Shown one piece after another: positions 16,436-25,830 of a stretch of 43,204 nt of DNA. The translations under genes were made by a program, and so were the position numbers. The DNA is from a virus: UHGV virus genome UHGV-0865506; one strand, given 5' to 3'. Position 1 is the first letter of the stretch; every line of letters begins with the position of its first letter. Below the pieces are notes generated by a model. It did not search any database and was not told the DNA's origin. It was given only the letters and a program-made list of their open reading frames with translations.

Positions 16436-18985
16436 TTAATTAAAACCATTGCCGAATCCGTCGGAGAAACCGCTGCCGTATGGCGCGACGCCGTCGTATT
16501 TATAGAAATCCGCTTCGTAGTTAATCCCGGTAATCTTAACTGTTCTGTCATCTCCGGGGTCAACTGTAGAAACGAGAATCATCTGAGCATTATGCCTTGC
16601 TTCGTTGCCGAATGAAAACTCAGTTTTTAGCGCGCTATTCCCCGTGTAAATCGCTTCTTGAGGCGCCGATAACATAATCACTTCACGGTCGTGACTCCCC
16701 GGCACAACTGCAACACTCTGAACTCCGCCATCACGCTTCTTAAGGATGAGTGAATGGTCATCCCCGGAGGTAAACGTAACCGGCTGTGATAACGTAAGCG
16801 TCAGCCCGTTAACGGCGATTATATAGCCATCCTGAGGGGCTATGCGAGAACCTTTCACCACACTTACGGCACGTCCTGGCATCGCAAAAATCCCTTCTTC
16901 TGTAGCCGTGAAAGATACCGTGACCTTTTTCAGCAGGTTTTTCTGGTATCGACGATATGCGGCCCAGTACGCCTGTCGATAATTACGGATACCTTTAGAG
17001 TCGTACGTTTCAGTATTAACCCCACCTTCGGCCGGGATGCTGATTGTCTCTTTGACGTTAGTATCCGGGTCGATGTATGAAAACTTAAGGCTATCGTATA
17101 CCTGGGCATCGTTAAACGTGCGCGTCCACTTCTCCGTAGCGGTAGTTTTGCTGCGGTGGGTGAATACCATCTCAGGGCCAATCCGCGGGCGTTCAAAGTC
17201 CAGAAGAATATCTGCACCTCTCCGATATGGGGTACAGAAAATTGCTTCCGCTATCGTGGTTACTATGTCCTGCATCGTAGTTTTGTAATCGTCGAATGTG
17301 TAGCAGAACTGACCGGCGGATGCGCTTCCGAAATAGCTTTCAATTTCGCTCTGTACCGCTAACAGTTTATCCATATTTGCCGTTGTCAGATTCAACGCGC
17401 CGACATCCGGGTCGCGAGCAAGCCGTATCAGGGACTGTACCGCTTGCGTGTTTGGCGTTCTTACGGAGTCAAAAACACCGTTACCGAGGTACTTGTATAC
17501 CATCTCAGTTACTACCATTCGCAATTGTGGTTGTTTAACCTCTGCGGCCCGTGGCGTCTGTTTACGTGCGGAATGCACGGTGGTTCTGTTGCCGAAGTTA
17601 GGTGTGGTGTCGCGTATTTGCCCGTACAGGTTTATGTAAGAAACCTCGTCCACTACTGTACCCTCAAAAGCAAGGTCAAGGTTTGTCACCCTGCGCGCCC
17701 GTACACGAACGTTAGACGGTGATGGCAGGTCAGCGTAGATTGTCACGCCTGTGTAATCCGAGGAGCGCCCGGAGATAGTGCCTTGTTTACTATATACAGG
17801 CCCGTAGGGTGTTCCGGTGTCGTCGAGTAACTGGTACTGCAACTCGACGGTAACGGAAGCCCTTAGTTTACTGCCGTTGTCTTTATACATGCCGTTAGCG
17901 GCGGCGATATTGGCGACGATGCGCTCTACCGGCAGACGGTTAAGCGTAGTCCAGTCCGTTAATGACTTATCATATGTGTTTGAGGGTGAAATCCACGCCT
18001 CGTTACCCTGTGTCAGCCGTGTGAAACCAGACGGCAACTTCTGCCATTCGGTGAGCATACCACCTACAGCGACTCTAACCTCGAAATCATCGACGTAAGT
18101 GACCACATAATTACCGCTTACGTTAGCGACATCTTTTACCAGAATGAGATTGAAAACAGCCACATCGCCAACTGACAGAATTTCTGTAAACGCGGAATCT
18201 CCGGTCGCGTCACGTACAATACCCGTTGTCCCTTGCAGCGATATCTCACCGGTATCGCTGGGGTTTACCCTTATGCCGTTTTGCGCTTTCAGTACCGCGC
18301 CATCTACTTCATTAGATGCGATGGTGGTATACAACTTTTGGTCGATAGGTTCGCCAACAAGAAGTTGAGGGGAGCTTGTGTTATTGGGTGATGTGTACGG
18401 GGCATACACCGCGACAGAAGTTCCGGTTATCTCCTGGACTTTGGTGTCACCGTCGGTGATGTCTTCTGCTTTAACGTCAAGATACCCGCGCCCGGCATCA
18501 TAGTAGCCATACTCAATGATGCGGCCCGCGTTATCGAAAACCTTATAAGTGGTCATAAGGTTATTAGGTATTGTCTGCACCCTACCGCAGATGTCATAAG
18601 TTCGCTCGTACGGGCGAGCTTTGTTATTCCGGTCTGTCAGGCTGTTATTCGGCGAGTCCGCTTGCTGGTTAGCGAGATTGTTAGACGCGCCCTTTGTTGA
18701 CGGTGTGAGTAATTTAGCTAGAGGTTTAAGGATTATGCTGAACACTTTCATCACACCCTTGATAGCACCGCCGCCAGCACCTTCCAGGACGTGGAAAACA
18801 GCATCCTGTTTTAACGCGTCGAAATTTTCTGTTACGTCGTTATCCTCTCCTATCTCTTCGAGGAAAACGCGAAACGGCACACCATCAGGGATATGTTTTA
18901 CGACGAAATTCAGCGGCGAGTCGTTATGCCGTTTTTGCGAGAACGTCCCGTCTTCGTTGCGGGTGTAGTGGATGACTATCGCCAA
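16436..18985 (-). CDS. tail tip / host specificity protein (lambda J-like)
   Basis: 849 aa, directly downstream of the K/L/M-like tail genes; assignment by size and position. Confidence 0.65.
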   Translation of the reverse strand: MAIVIHYTRNEDGTFSQKRHNDSPLNFVVKHIPDGVPFRVFLEEIGEDNDVTENFDALKQDAVFHVLEGAGGGAIKGVMKVFSIILKPLAKLLTPSTKGASNNLANQQADSPNNSLTDRNNKARPYERTYDICGRVQTIPNNLMTTYKVFDNAGRIIEYGYYDAGRGYLDVKAEDITDGDTKVQEITGTSVAVYAPYTSPNNTSSPQLLVGEPIDQKLYTTIASNEVDGAVLKAQNGIRVNPSDTGEISLQGTTGIVRDATGDSAFTEILSVGDVAVFNLILVKDVANVSGNYVVTYVDDFEVRVAVGGMLTEWQKLPSGFTRLTQGNEAWISPSNTYDKSLTDWTTLNRLPVERIVANIAAANGMYKDNGSKLRASVTVELQYQLLDDTGTPYGPVYSKQGTISGRSSDYTGVTIYADLPSPSNVRVRARRVTNLDLAFEGTVVDEVSYINLYGQIRDTTPNFGNRTTVHSARKQTPRAAEVKQPQLRMVVTEMVYKYLGNGVFDSVRTPNTQAVQSLIRLARDPDVGALNLTTANMDKLLAVQSEIESYFGSASAGQFCYTFDDYKTTMQDIVTTIAEAIFCTPYRRGADILLDFERPRIGPEMVFTHRSKTTATEKWTRTFNDAQVYDSLKFSYIDPDTNVKETISIPAEGGVNTETYDSKGIRNYRQAYWAAYRRYQKNLLKKVTVSFTATEEGIFAMPGRAVSVVKGSRIAPQDGYIIAVNGLTLTLSQPVTFTSGDDHSLILKKRDGGVQSVAVVPGSHDREVIMLSAPQEAIYTGNSALKTEFSFGNEARHNAQMILVSTVDPGDDRTVKITGINYEADFYKYDGVAPYGSGFSDGFGNGFN

Positions 18986-19341
18986 AATTCAATCTCCTGA
19001 TATGTGTCGCGTAAATCGTCAAGGCGGTCGAGACGCACTTGTCTGGATGCTAACTCACAGTGGCTCACCATTCCATCATAATACACGCCTGCATGCCACA
19101 CTACACGCCCTCTGTGATAAGTGCCCAGCAACACGGCATCATAATTCTGCGGACTGGTGGTGCGTTCCAGACCTTTAGGGTTGGAGTGCCCAGCATCAAA
19201 CGCCGCGGGTATTGCAGTTGGTGATGTTACGTCGAAAGCGGGCGTAGATAGGCCAACATCACCGCGCACCCTGCGCACGTGATGCCAACAATTGTAACGA
19301 CGGAAGTCATAAGGGGTGCCCGTATAATCGGTGATACTCAT
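18976..19341 (-). CDS. tail assembly protein, NlpC/P60-like (lambda K-like)
   Basis: YNCWHHV Cys-His motif; position between L-like and J-like genes. Confidence 0.6.
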   Translation of the reverse strand: MSITDYTGTPYDFRRYNCWHHVRRVRGDVGLSTPAFDVTSPTAIPAAFDAGHSNPKGLERTTSPQNYDAVLLGTYHRGRVVWHAGVYYDGMVSHCELASRQVRLDRLDDLRDTYQEIEFWR

Positions 19342-19868
19342 GACAAAAGTACCCCACGCAGCAGCGGTATTTCTTCCGGTGTCATCAGGATTCCGGTCTG
19401 CCGCTGGTTGAGCATAGGCGTTCCGGTCTCGGCGGTGAACACGCCTTTTTCTTGCGTCAACGTCTGCAACTCATATACCACTGGGCCGTCGCACGGGTAC
19501 GACAGGTCCGTGCTTACGTAGCGGCGGAATATGAATTTAGGCAACTCTGTGTTGCTGTAGGGGATGCGGTCCATCTCTTCATCGAGAATGTTAAGGACAT
19601 CCGGCAGCGAGAATGACGCTGTCTGGTCCATGTCATTATTGTTCGCGGCGTTCTTGGCGTCCATAGGCGTGGCCTCGAACGTAACGGTTTCGCCAGTCTC
19701 AAGCGTAGCGGTAAGGTCAGACGTACCGCGCACAAGCAACCACCGCTTTGAGAGAAGCGGGTGTGTTATTTCAAGCGTAATGTAATCCAGTTCGCCGTCT
19801 GGGTTTGATGCCAGTTTACGGCGATATGCAGCTTCTACTGATTCCTGACTCATTGCATCGGGTCCCAA
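19338..19868 (-). CDS. minor tail protein (lambda L-like)
   Basis: Positional call within the H-M-L-K-J order. Confidence 0.5.
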   Translation of the reverse strand: MGPDAMSQESVEAAYRRKLASNPDGELDYITLEITHPLLSKRWLLVRGTSDLTATLETGETVTFEATPMDAKNAANNNDMDQTASFSLPDVLNILDEEMDRIPYSNTELPKFIFRRYVSTDLSYPCDGPVVYELQTLTQEKGVFTAETGTPMLNQRQTGILMTPEEIPLLRGVLLS

Positions 19869-20344
19869 ATTCGTGGAAACGTTGATTGCGCGGTTCCGTA
19901 TGCTTTAAGGAATCCGCCTAAGCAATCCCCATAACAGCCGAACAAATCCGGTAGATTCTTAGTAAGGCATGTATCTTCCTGAATCGCTGTTCTCTCTGCC
20001 GTAGCAGTGAACGTAATCACCCAGTTCTTTCCGTCGTCGGTGCTGTCACTAATCGTCGACGTGATGAGTATCTGGTGGTCCTCGATGCCCATACCTGTAT
20101 CATGCGGCATGATAAACGAGGACGCCCCGCCGTCGATGTTGTTCAGGAAGCTATAAAACGCCTGGCGCCCGAGAGAAGACACGACGAGCGTTACACTAAT
20201 AGGAACCGGTTCGAAGTACGTGTCCCTCCCCTGTCGAGGTAACCCACCCTGAACCTCGGTGCGCCAGATATTACTCCCCCTGGTCTGGGAGTACCCCTTC
20301 GACACTATCGGGCGAAGGGACATTGGGAATCTCAAATCGCTCAT
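19850..20344 (-). CDS. minor tail protein (lambda M-like / distal tail protein)
   Basis: Immediately downstream of the tape measure gene. Confidence 0.5.
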   Translation of the reverse strand: MSDLRFPMSLRPIVSKGYSQTRGSNIWRTEVQGGLPRQGRDTYFEPVPISVTLVVSSLGRQAFYSFLNNIDGGASSFIMPHDTGMGIEDHQILITSTISDSTDDGKNWVITFTATAERTAIQEDTCLTKNLPDLFGCYGDCLGGFLKAYGTAQSTFPRIWDPMQ

Positions 20345-20347
20345 TAA

Positions 20348-22633
20348 TTAATACCCCGGCTGACCGCGAGTAGAGCGGCGAGCTTTAGAAATCGGTGAGT
20401 TGTTATCCTGTAACTGCGACGCTACTGTTTCACTGATTATAATACGTAAACGCCCTTCGTCATCACGTTCTGTTACAGCAGAATCTACGCGCCCCGTAGT
20501 GTTATTAACTATAGTGACGTTATCACCGCCGGACTGGCCGCCGTTTTGCCCCATAATCTCTTTCATCTGCTGCGCAGTTCGTACGCGCGATGCGCCAGCA
20601 GGCATGATAACTTCCGGTTTGCCGCGTTCTGCGATGGTAGACATCTGCCCCGCTGATAACTGACCGCCCTGCTCACGTGCCGAGCGGATTTTGGCGATAT
20701 TAGCCAGCCCCGCGGCAACGGCAGTAGCTGCGGCAACCGGCGCCAGGAATGGGCCGACAACAGGGATGGCAGCCGTTGACTTATATGCCTCAATAGCCGA
20801 TGTGTACGTGGCGATAGTGGCCTGTGCAATAGCGAACGCTTTATACGCGGTGGACGCCTCGCCAAATGCAGTTTTAGCATTAGCCGCCATGTCACCGAAA
20901 GAACTACCTAAAGCATCTGCACGTTTCGTGGCATACTGCTCATTTATAGCGTTAAGCGCCGCCTGATACTGTTCCTCGTTAATCAGACCCTGTTCGCGGT
21001 ATTTATCGGCTACCGCCAGTTTCTGCTGTTCCTGGATGTCGAGAAGCTCAAGCTCAGTAGCGTTCTGGCCCATAATCTGAGCCATGAAGTCGTCACCTTT
21101 CTGTTGCTTTTCCTGCCGTTCTTTCTCTCGCTTATCCAGCTCTTCCTGCCGTGCTTGCCCGGCTTCGAGGACAATAGCCGTTTTTGCTTGCTCGTATTCT
21201 TTCAGCGACAACGCGCCCTGGCTGTAGAACTCTTTTGCTTTAGCCAGTTTCTGCTGTTCCTGCGCGTCAATAGCCTTTAACTCGTCGTTATTCTGACGGG
21301 CCAGAGTATCGAGGTAATCTTGCGCCTGTTTACGCAATTGCTCCGCTTTCTTAGCCGCGGCTTTCGCGTCTTTGTCGTTGGTGTTTCCGGCTCCGCCATT
21401 TTCACCCTTTTTATTAACAAGGCTGGCTAAGTCAATCTCTTGCTTCTTGCGCTCATCATACTGCTTGCGTTGTTCCTCAATTTCTTTCTTACGCTGCTTA
21501 GACCTGTTGGTAATGGCCTGCGACTCGGCCTCCGCCCGTTTTATGCTGGCATCGTATGCGGCATCAGCCTCTGCGGTAAGGTTTTTAAATGTGAGCGCTG
21601 CCGTTTTGCTCGGGTCAAACACATCAGCAAGGGTCTGACCTAACGCTACGGCGTAATCGTCAATACGCTGGAACCACGCGATAACCTCGTGGAATGTCTG
21701 CTGGATGTCAGGCAACCACTCCCTGATGGCATCAGGGATAGTTCCCAGCGAGTCTGACATATCTGCGGATTTGTCCTCGGTGTCAAATGCCAGGTCGTTC
21801 AAGGCATCAGAAATAAACTTGAACGATTCATTGAACAGTGTCACCCAATCCTGGAGCGTGGCGACTATCTCATTAGACGCTATGGCGTCGGTGAGTGACG
21901 TGATAGCATCTTCCGCTGTTGCAGCTTGCTCGCCTACGGCGTCGCCAAAACCTGATTGCGCTACGGCAAGAACAAGGCCGTCGAAGGAGTCGGCGAGGCT
22001 CGACAACTGACCATCTAATGTCTTCGAGCGCGTCTCCATCGCCCCGGCGAAATCAGTATTGCCGATGTTTAGCAGGTATTTCTGAATCTCTTCGGAGTTC
22101 TTTTTAACCGTGGTGGTAACGCCGCGGAACGTGAACGAAACTGTATCTGCCTGCTGTGACGACTTAATGCCGAACTCTTTCAGCCGCTCAAACTCAAAGG
22201 TACTGGCGTCCGCCACGGCCTCAATCATCTGATTAAGGTCTTTACCCATAGCCGCTGCGGTGTTGCCGTAGGAGATTAACGCTTCTTTGCTGGGGTTCAG
22301 ACCCAGAGCCACCAGCTTAGTAAAGCCTTCCACCGCCTGGTTAAGCCCGTATGGGGTTTCTTTCGCGAACTGTTGCAGGACGCTGAAAGCCTTAGCCGCG
22401 TTCTCAGCACTCCCGGTCATTGTGATTAGGCCGGAGTTCAGCTTATCGAAGTTGCGCTGGGAGTCCACCAGCGCGCTGAACACCTGCTTAGCGGTTTCCA
22501 GACTGACGACGGCAGCCGCGGCGGCGCCTGCGGCTTTAGTAAGCCCGTTCAGTTGTGATGTGACTTTATCGACGCCGGTTGCGGATACTCGTACTATCAA
22601 GCTAGCGATATCAGCCATGATTTCTACCTTCAA
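20348..22633 (-). CDS. tail tape measure protein
   Basis: 761 aa, Ala/Gln/Glu/Lys-rich coiled-coil character, preceded by chaperone-like ORFs. Confidence 0.85.
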   Translation of the reverse strand: MKVEIMADIASLIVRVSATGVDKVTSQLNGLTKAAGAAAAAVVSLETAKQVFSALVDSQRNFDKLNSGLITMTGSAENAAKAFSVLQQFAKETPYGLNQAVEGFTKLVALGLNPSKEALISYGNTAAAMGKDLNQMIEAVADASTFEFERLKEFGIKSSQQADTVSFTFRGVTTTVKKNSEEIQKYLLNIGNTDFAGAMETRSKTLDGQLSSLADSFDGLVLAVAQSGFGDAVGEQAATAEDAITSLTDAIASNEIVATLQDWVTLFNESFKFISDALNDLAFDTEDKSADMSDSLGTIPDAIREWLPDIQQTFHEVIAWFQRIDDYAVALGQTLADVFDPSKTAALTFKNLTAEADAAYDASIKRAEAESQAITNRSKQRKKEIEEQRKQYDERKKQEIDLASLVNKKGENGGAGNTNDKDAKAAAKKAEQLRKQAQDYLDTLARQNNDELKAIDAQEQQKLAKAKEFYSQGALSLKEYEQAKTAIVLEAGQARQEELDKREKERQEKQQKGDDFMAQIMGQNATELELLDIQEQQKLAVADKYREQGLINEEQYQAALNAINEQYATKRADALGSSFGDMAANAKTAFGEASTAYKAFAIAQATIATYTSAIEAYKSTAAIPVVGPFLAPVAAATAVAAGLANIAKIRSAREQGGQLSAGQMSTIAERGKPEVIMPAGASRVRTAQQMKEIMGQNGGQSGGDNVTIVNNTTGRVDSAVTERDDEGRLRIIISETVASQLQDNNSPISKARRSTRGQPGY

Positions 22634-22943
22634 AGATTGCTTCTAAGCCCATGATAATGTCTATCTCGAACAGGCTAAGCTGTTTTTGCGTAACATCGAG
22701 ATAGGCTTTCAGGTCTTGCCACGTAACGGATTCTCTTGCAAACAATACTACAGCGTCCTTGCGCACGTGTCGCGTAAACTTAATGTCGCAATACGTCTCA
22801 AAGGTGGATATAAAAAGGGGCGGGCATTCTGGCCCACCCCGTCGCGCTGCACGTTTTTTCTTATCGATTACACCCATCGCGATAAGCGCCTGCTCGTGAC
22901 CGTCAGCTATAGAATCAAACTCTCTGATTTTATGCTTATCCAC
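22611..22943 (-). CDS. tail assembly chaperone, T-like portion (possibly made as G-T fusion by -1 frameshift)
   Basis: ORF in the -1 frame relative to the upstream chaperone-like gene, open across that gene's stop codon. Confidence 0.45.
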   Translation of the reverse strand: MDKHKIREFDSIADGHEQALIAMGVIDKKKRAARRGGPECPPLFISTFETYCDIKFTRHVRKDAVVLFARESVTWQDLKAYLDVTQKQLSLFEIDIIMGLEAIFEGRNHG

Positions 22944-22975
22944 AAACTCGTAGGTGGCGAACCTGTACAGCGCGT

Positions 22976-23395
22976 CTACTTTTCCTGTAATGCTTTGCGC
23001 TCAGCGTTATGGAACGACGCCACCTGGGTTCCAAGCCCTTTGAACTGGTCCAGCAATTTGTTAAACGCATCCTTAGAGAAAGGCTCGTCGTCAAAACTCC
23101 AGCCGTTTACTACTTCTGCCGCGAGTTGTCTGTTGAGGTCTTCCGCCAGTTCATTAACAGCCAGGTTATATTCAGTATAGTCGCCGGATTCTTTGGCTGC
23201 TTTTTCCAGTTCTTCGAAACGTGCCAACCCGCGACGGTACGCGATAATGAAAGCACGCCCTGCTTTAACGGCGGCATCCGCATCAGGGCTTACAACGTTA
23301 AGCCACTCCCCTGAGTCTTCGCCGTTCGGTAGCAGAATCGGCATCTTCTTGCCTACCAGTGCTTTCTCTTCGAAATAAAAATCAGAAAGTTTCAT
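22976..23395 (-). CDS. tail assembly chaperone (lambda G-like)
   Basis: 139 aa acidic protein immediately upstream of the tape measure region. Confidence 0.5.
   Translation of the reverse strand: MKLSDFYFEEKALVGKKMPILLPNGEDSGEWLNVVSPDADAAVKAGRAFIIAYRRGLARFEELEKAAKESGDYTEYNLAVNELAEDLNRQLAAEVVNGWSFDDEPFSKDAFNKLLDQFKGLGTQVASFHNAERKALQEK
22979..22985 (-). other. candidate -1 programmed ribosomal frameshift site (G GAA AAG)
   Basis: Heptamer immediately before the stop codon of the G-like gene; the -1 frame stays open into ORF 22611..22943. Confidence 0.3.
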
Positions 23396-23503
23396 TCTTT
23401 AATCCTTTGGTTAAGAGGTTACAGGTTAAAGGTAAATGCGCCAGACGGGAACCACCCGCTTTTCGTGTGCGACACTAGGCGCAAAATTATTCTATCACAT
23501 TAC

Positions 23504-23532
23504 TTGCACACCCCAATATAATAGGGTACTAT
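23504..23532 (+). promoter_or_regulatory. sigma70-like promoter TTGCAC-N17-TACTAT (TACTATTCA family) driving the rightward cassette
   Basis: TTGCACACCCCAATATAATAGGGTACTATTCA; near-identical to 32569..32600. Confidence 0.5.
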
Positions 23533-23562
23533 TCACTTACACCAACAATGAAGGGGTTTAAA

Positions 23563-23754
23563 ATGTCAAGTTTACCAGTTTCCTTAATTCTGTTTGCACT
23601 TCTCGCTTATTTCGCGCCTTTCCTGGTTGCGTATTTCCGCAACCATAAAGCGAAGTTGGCAATATTTATGGCTAACCTGTTTCTTGGTTGGGTTCTGCTG
23701 CCGTGGGTATTTATTTTAATCTGGGCGTGCAACTCGAATGTTAACGAGAAGTGA
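23563..23754 (+). CDS. small membrane protein
   Basis: Two predicted transmembrane helices; start at the internal Met with AAGGGG Shine-Dalgarno. Confidence 0.5.
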   Translation: MSSLPVSLILFALLAYFAPFLVAYFRNHKAKLAIFMANLFLGWVLLPWVFILIWACNSNVNEK

Positions 23755-23792
23755 GCTAGTATAGGACAAATCCTAAACACGAGGAAGTAAGC

Positions 23793-24932
23793 ATGGCCCA
23801 GAAGAAAATAACCGACGAACAGTTACAGGAAGAATTGAACGCCGGGATGAAGAATGTAGACATCGCCCGTAAATACGGCATCTCAGACCGCGTAATTCGT
23901 ATCCGTAAAGCGAAGCTGGCAAAGAAAGGCGTAGGTCACGGGCGTGATGTTAGTCACCTTGTACCGGACGGCTACAAGATTAAAGGGACGTCGTCCCTGG
24001 TGGACGAGTTTGGCAACACTAAGTTGCAATGGGTTAAGACCGACACCGATGCCGAACGTCAGGTCGAGTTGATGAAAGCCGTGATTGAAGGTATGAAGTC
24101 AGAGATTACACCGGTTGCGCCTGTTAAACCTGTTCGCGCCAAACGTGACGATAAACTGCTCAATCTCTACACTGTATCTGATTTCCATCTCGGTATGCTT
24201 GCATGGGCTGACGAGAGCGGCGATGACTGGGATATGAAGATTGCAGAAGACCTGTTCTCCCGCTGGTTCGATGCCGCGTTTCAGAAAGCACCGGATGCGG
24301 GGACTGGGGTTATTAACCTGCTGGGCGACTTCGCGCACTTCGATAGTCTTGATGCCGTTACCCCTGAGTCGCGTCATGTGTTAGACGCCGATACTCGCTA
24401 TCAGAAACTAGTTCGCTACATGATTCGTATGGTGCGTCGTGTTGTCGATATGGCGCTTGTTAAACATCACACAGTCAAACTTTTAATAGTTCAAGGTAAC
24501 CACGACCCTGTAGGCTCTGTATGGCTCGCCGAAATGTTCTGTACATTGTACGACAACGAACCTCGCGTATTTGTGGACACCTCCCCAGACGTATACAAGA
24601 TGGTCCAGCACGGGAAAACTACGCTATTCATGCATCATGGACACCGTGCGAGATTCGACGCCATAGAGTCAGTAATGATTTCTAAATTCCGTAAGGCTTT
24701 TGGAGAAAGCACATACAGCTACGCTCATGTAGGGCATCTACATCATCAGAAATTAGTAGAAAGCCGCAATATGGTAGTCGAACAACACCGAACCCTGGCT
24801 GCGAAAGATGCTTACGCATCGCGAGGGGGCTGGATGTCCGGTCGTAGTGCTAACGTGATAACTTATAGTGCCGAATATGGGGAGGTGGCACGTTTAACAA
24901 TATCACCAGAAATGATAGGGGGTATAAATTGA
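23793..24932 (+). CDS. calcineurin-like metallophosphoesterase with N-terminal helix-turn-helix-like region
   Basis: Motifs DFHLG, GDFAHFD, GNHD, HHGH and GHLHH match the metallophosphoesterase signature; N-terminus resembles an HTH. Confidence 0.65.
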   Translation: MAQKKITDEQLQEELNAGMKNVDIARKYGISDRVIRIRKAKLAKKGVGHGRDVSHLVPDGYKIKGTSSLVDEFGNTKLQWVKTDTDAERQVELMKAVIEGMKSEITPVAPVKPVRAKRDDKLLNLYTVSDFHLGMLAWADESGDDWDMKIAEDLFSRWFDAAFQKAPDAGTGVINLLGDFAHFDSLDAVTPESRHVLDADTRYQKLVRYMIRMVRRVVDMALVKHHTVKLLIVQGNHDPVGSVWLAEMFCTLYDNEPRVFVDTSPDVYKMVQHGKTTLFMHHGHRARFDAIESVMISKFRKAFGESTYSYAHVGHLHHQKLVESRNMVVEQHRTLAAKDAYASRGGWMSGRSANVITYSAEYGEVARLTISPEMIGGIN

Positions 24933-25402
24933 CATGGAATGATGTTTACGAATACGAAAACGGGAATCTTTACGCTAAGGACAGCGTAAACCCTAAGTAC
25001 CCGAAAGGACGTAAAGTAGGGTATGTGGACCAACGAGGGTATGTAAGAACTAAACTAGGGTCAAAAATGACATTCGCCCACAGAATTATATGGGAAATGT
25101 TTAACGGAGCTATACCAGAAGGCAAGGAGATTGACCATATAAACGGTGTGAAAAGCGATAACCGTATAGAGAATCTTCGACTGTGTGACCGGCGCATAAA
25201 CTGCAAAAATGCAGCAAAGCGCAGGGATAACTCGTCTGGCGTTACCGGGGTTAGTAAAACATATAACGGTAAGTGGGTAGTTCAAATTCAATATAACGGA
25301 AATAGAATAGCCAAGCGTTTCGACAACAAAGAAGACGCCGTAAGATATGCCGAAGGTTTTTACAAAGAAAAGAAAGACTTTACTGAGAGGCACGGAAAAT
25401 GA
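24929..25402 (+). CDS. HNH homing endonuclease with AP2-like domain (third copy)
   Basis: HNH motifs (EIDHINGVKSDNRIENLR) plus AP2-like GVSKTYNGKWVVQIQYNGNRIAKRF. Confidence 0.8.
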   Translation: MTWNDVYEYENGNLYAKDSVNPKYPKGRKVGYVDQRGYVRTKLGSKMTFAHRIIWEMFNGAIPEGKEIDHINGVKSDNRIENLRLCDRRINCKNAAKRRDNSSGVTGVSKTYNGKWVVQIQYNGNRIAKRFDNKEDAVRYAEGFYKEKKDFTERHGK

Positions 25403-25629
25403 CTTCAAAATACAACCGCACAATGACAAACACCCACGGCAGCACCATGACAGTAGACGTCTATGATGTGCTACGCGCCTTCGATATCCGTGACCCGGCG
25501 CTACAGCATGCGTTAAAGAAACTGCTGTGTATGGGTCTGCGCGGTCACAAAGACACCGGAACCGACTTAGCAGAAGCAATTGAAAGTCTGGAGAAGTTAC
25601 GGGAGTACAGGAGTAATATTGATGAGTGA
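25399..25629 (+). CDS. hypothetical protein
   Basis: Track ORF with ATGA overlap. Confidence 0.45.
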   Translation: MTSKYNRTMTNTHGSTMTVDVYDVLRAFDIRDPALQHALKKLLCMGLRGHKDTGTDLAEAIESLEKLREYRSNIDE

Positions 25630-25798
25630 AAATATTATGAAAACAATATATGTAATCCGTGTATATGACGAAGAATGGGATGAGTGGGTTGATATTTATG
25701 CTGTCGGTAGCAAGGAAGAGGCCTCGAAAGAAATGACAGAACGAAGTGACCGAGGCCAGTTAACTAACTTCTACGAAATGCCGTTCAAAAGTGAGTAA
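25622..25798 (+). CDS. hypothetical protein
   Basis: Track ORF 25580..25798 with start moved to the Met overlapping the upstream stop. Confidence 0.4.
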   Translation: MSENIMKTIYVIRVYDEEWDEWVDIYAVGSKEEASKEMTERSDRGQLTNFYEMPFKSE

Positions 25799-25802
25799 GA
25801 AA

Positions 25803-25830
25803 AAGGCCCCTTTCGGGGCCTTAGTTTTAT
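25803..25830. terminator. bidirectional rho-independent terminator
   Basis: Hairpin AGGCCCC-TTTC-GGGGCCT with T-rich flanks on both strands; separates the rightward cassette from the tail tube gene. Confidence 0.6.

Noticed and set aside
14727-18968. Multiple short plus-strand ORFs inside the tailspike and tail tip genes
   Set aside because: All nested antisense within long, well-supported minus-strand genes; no promoters or ribosome-binding sites.
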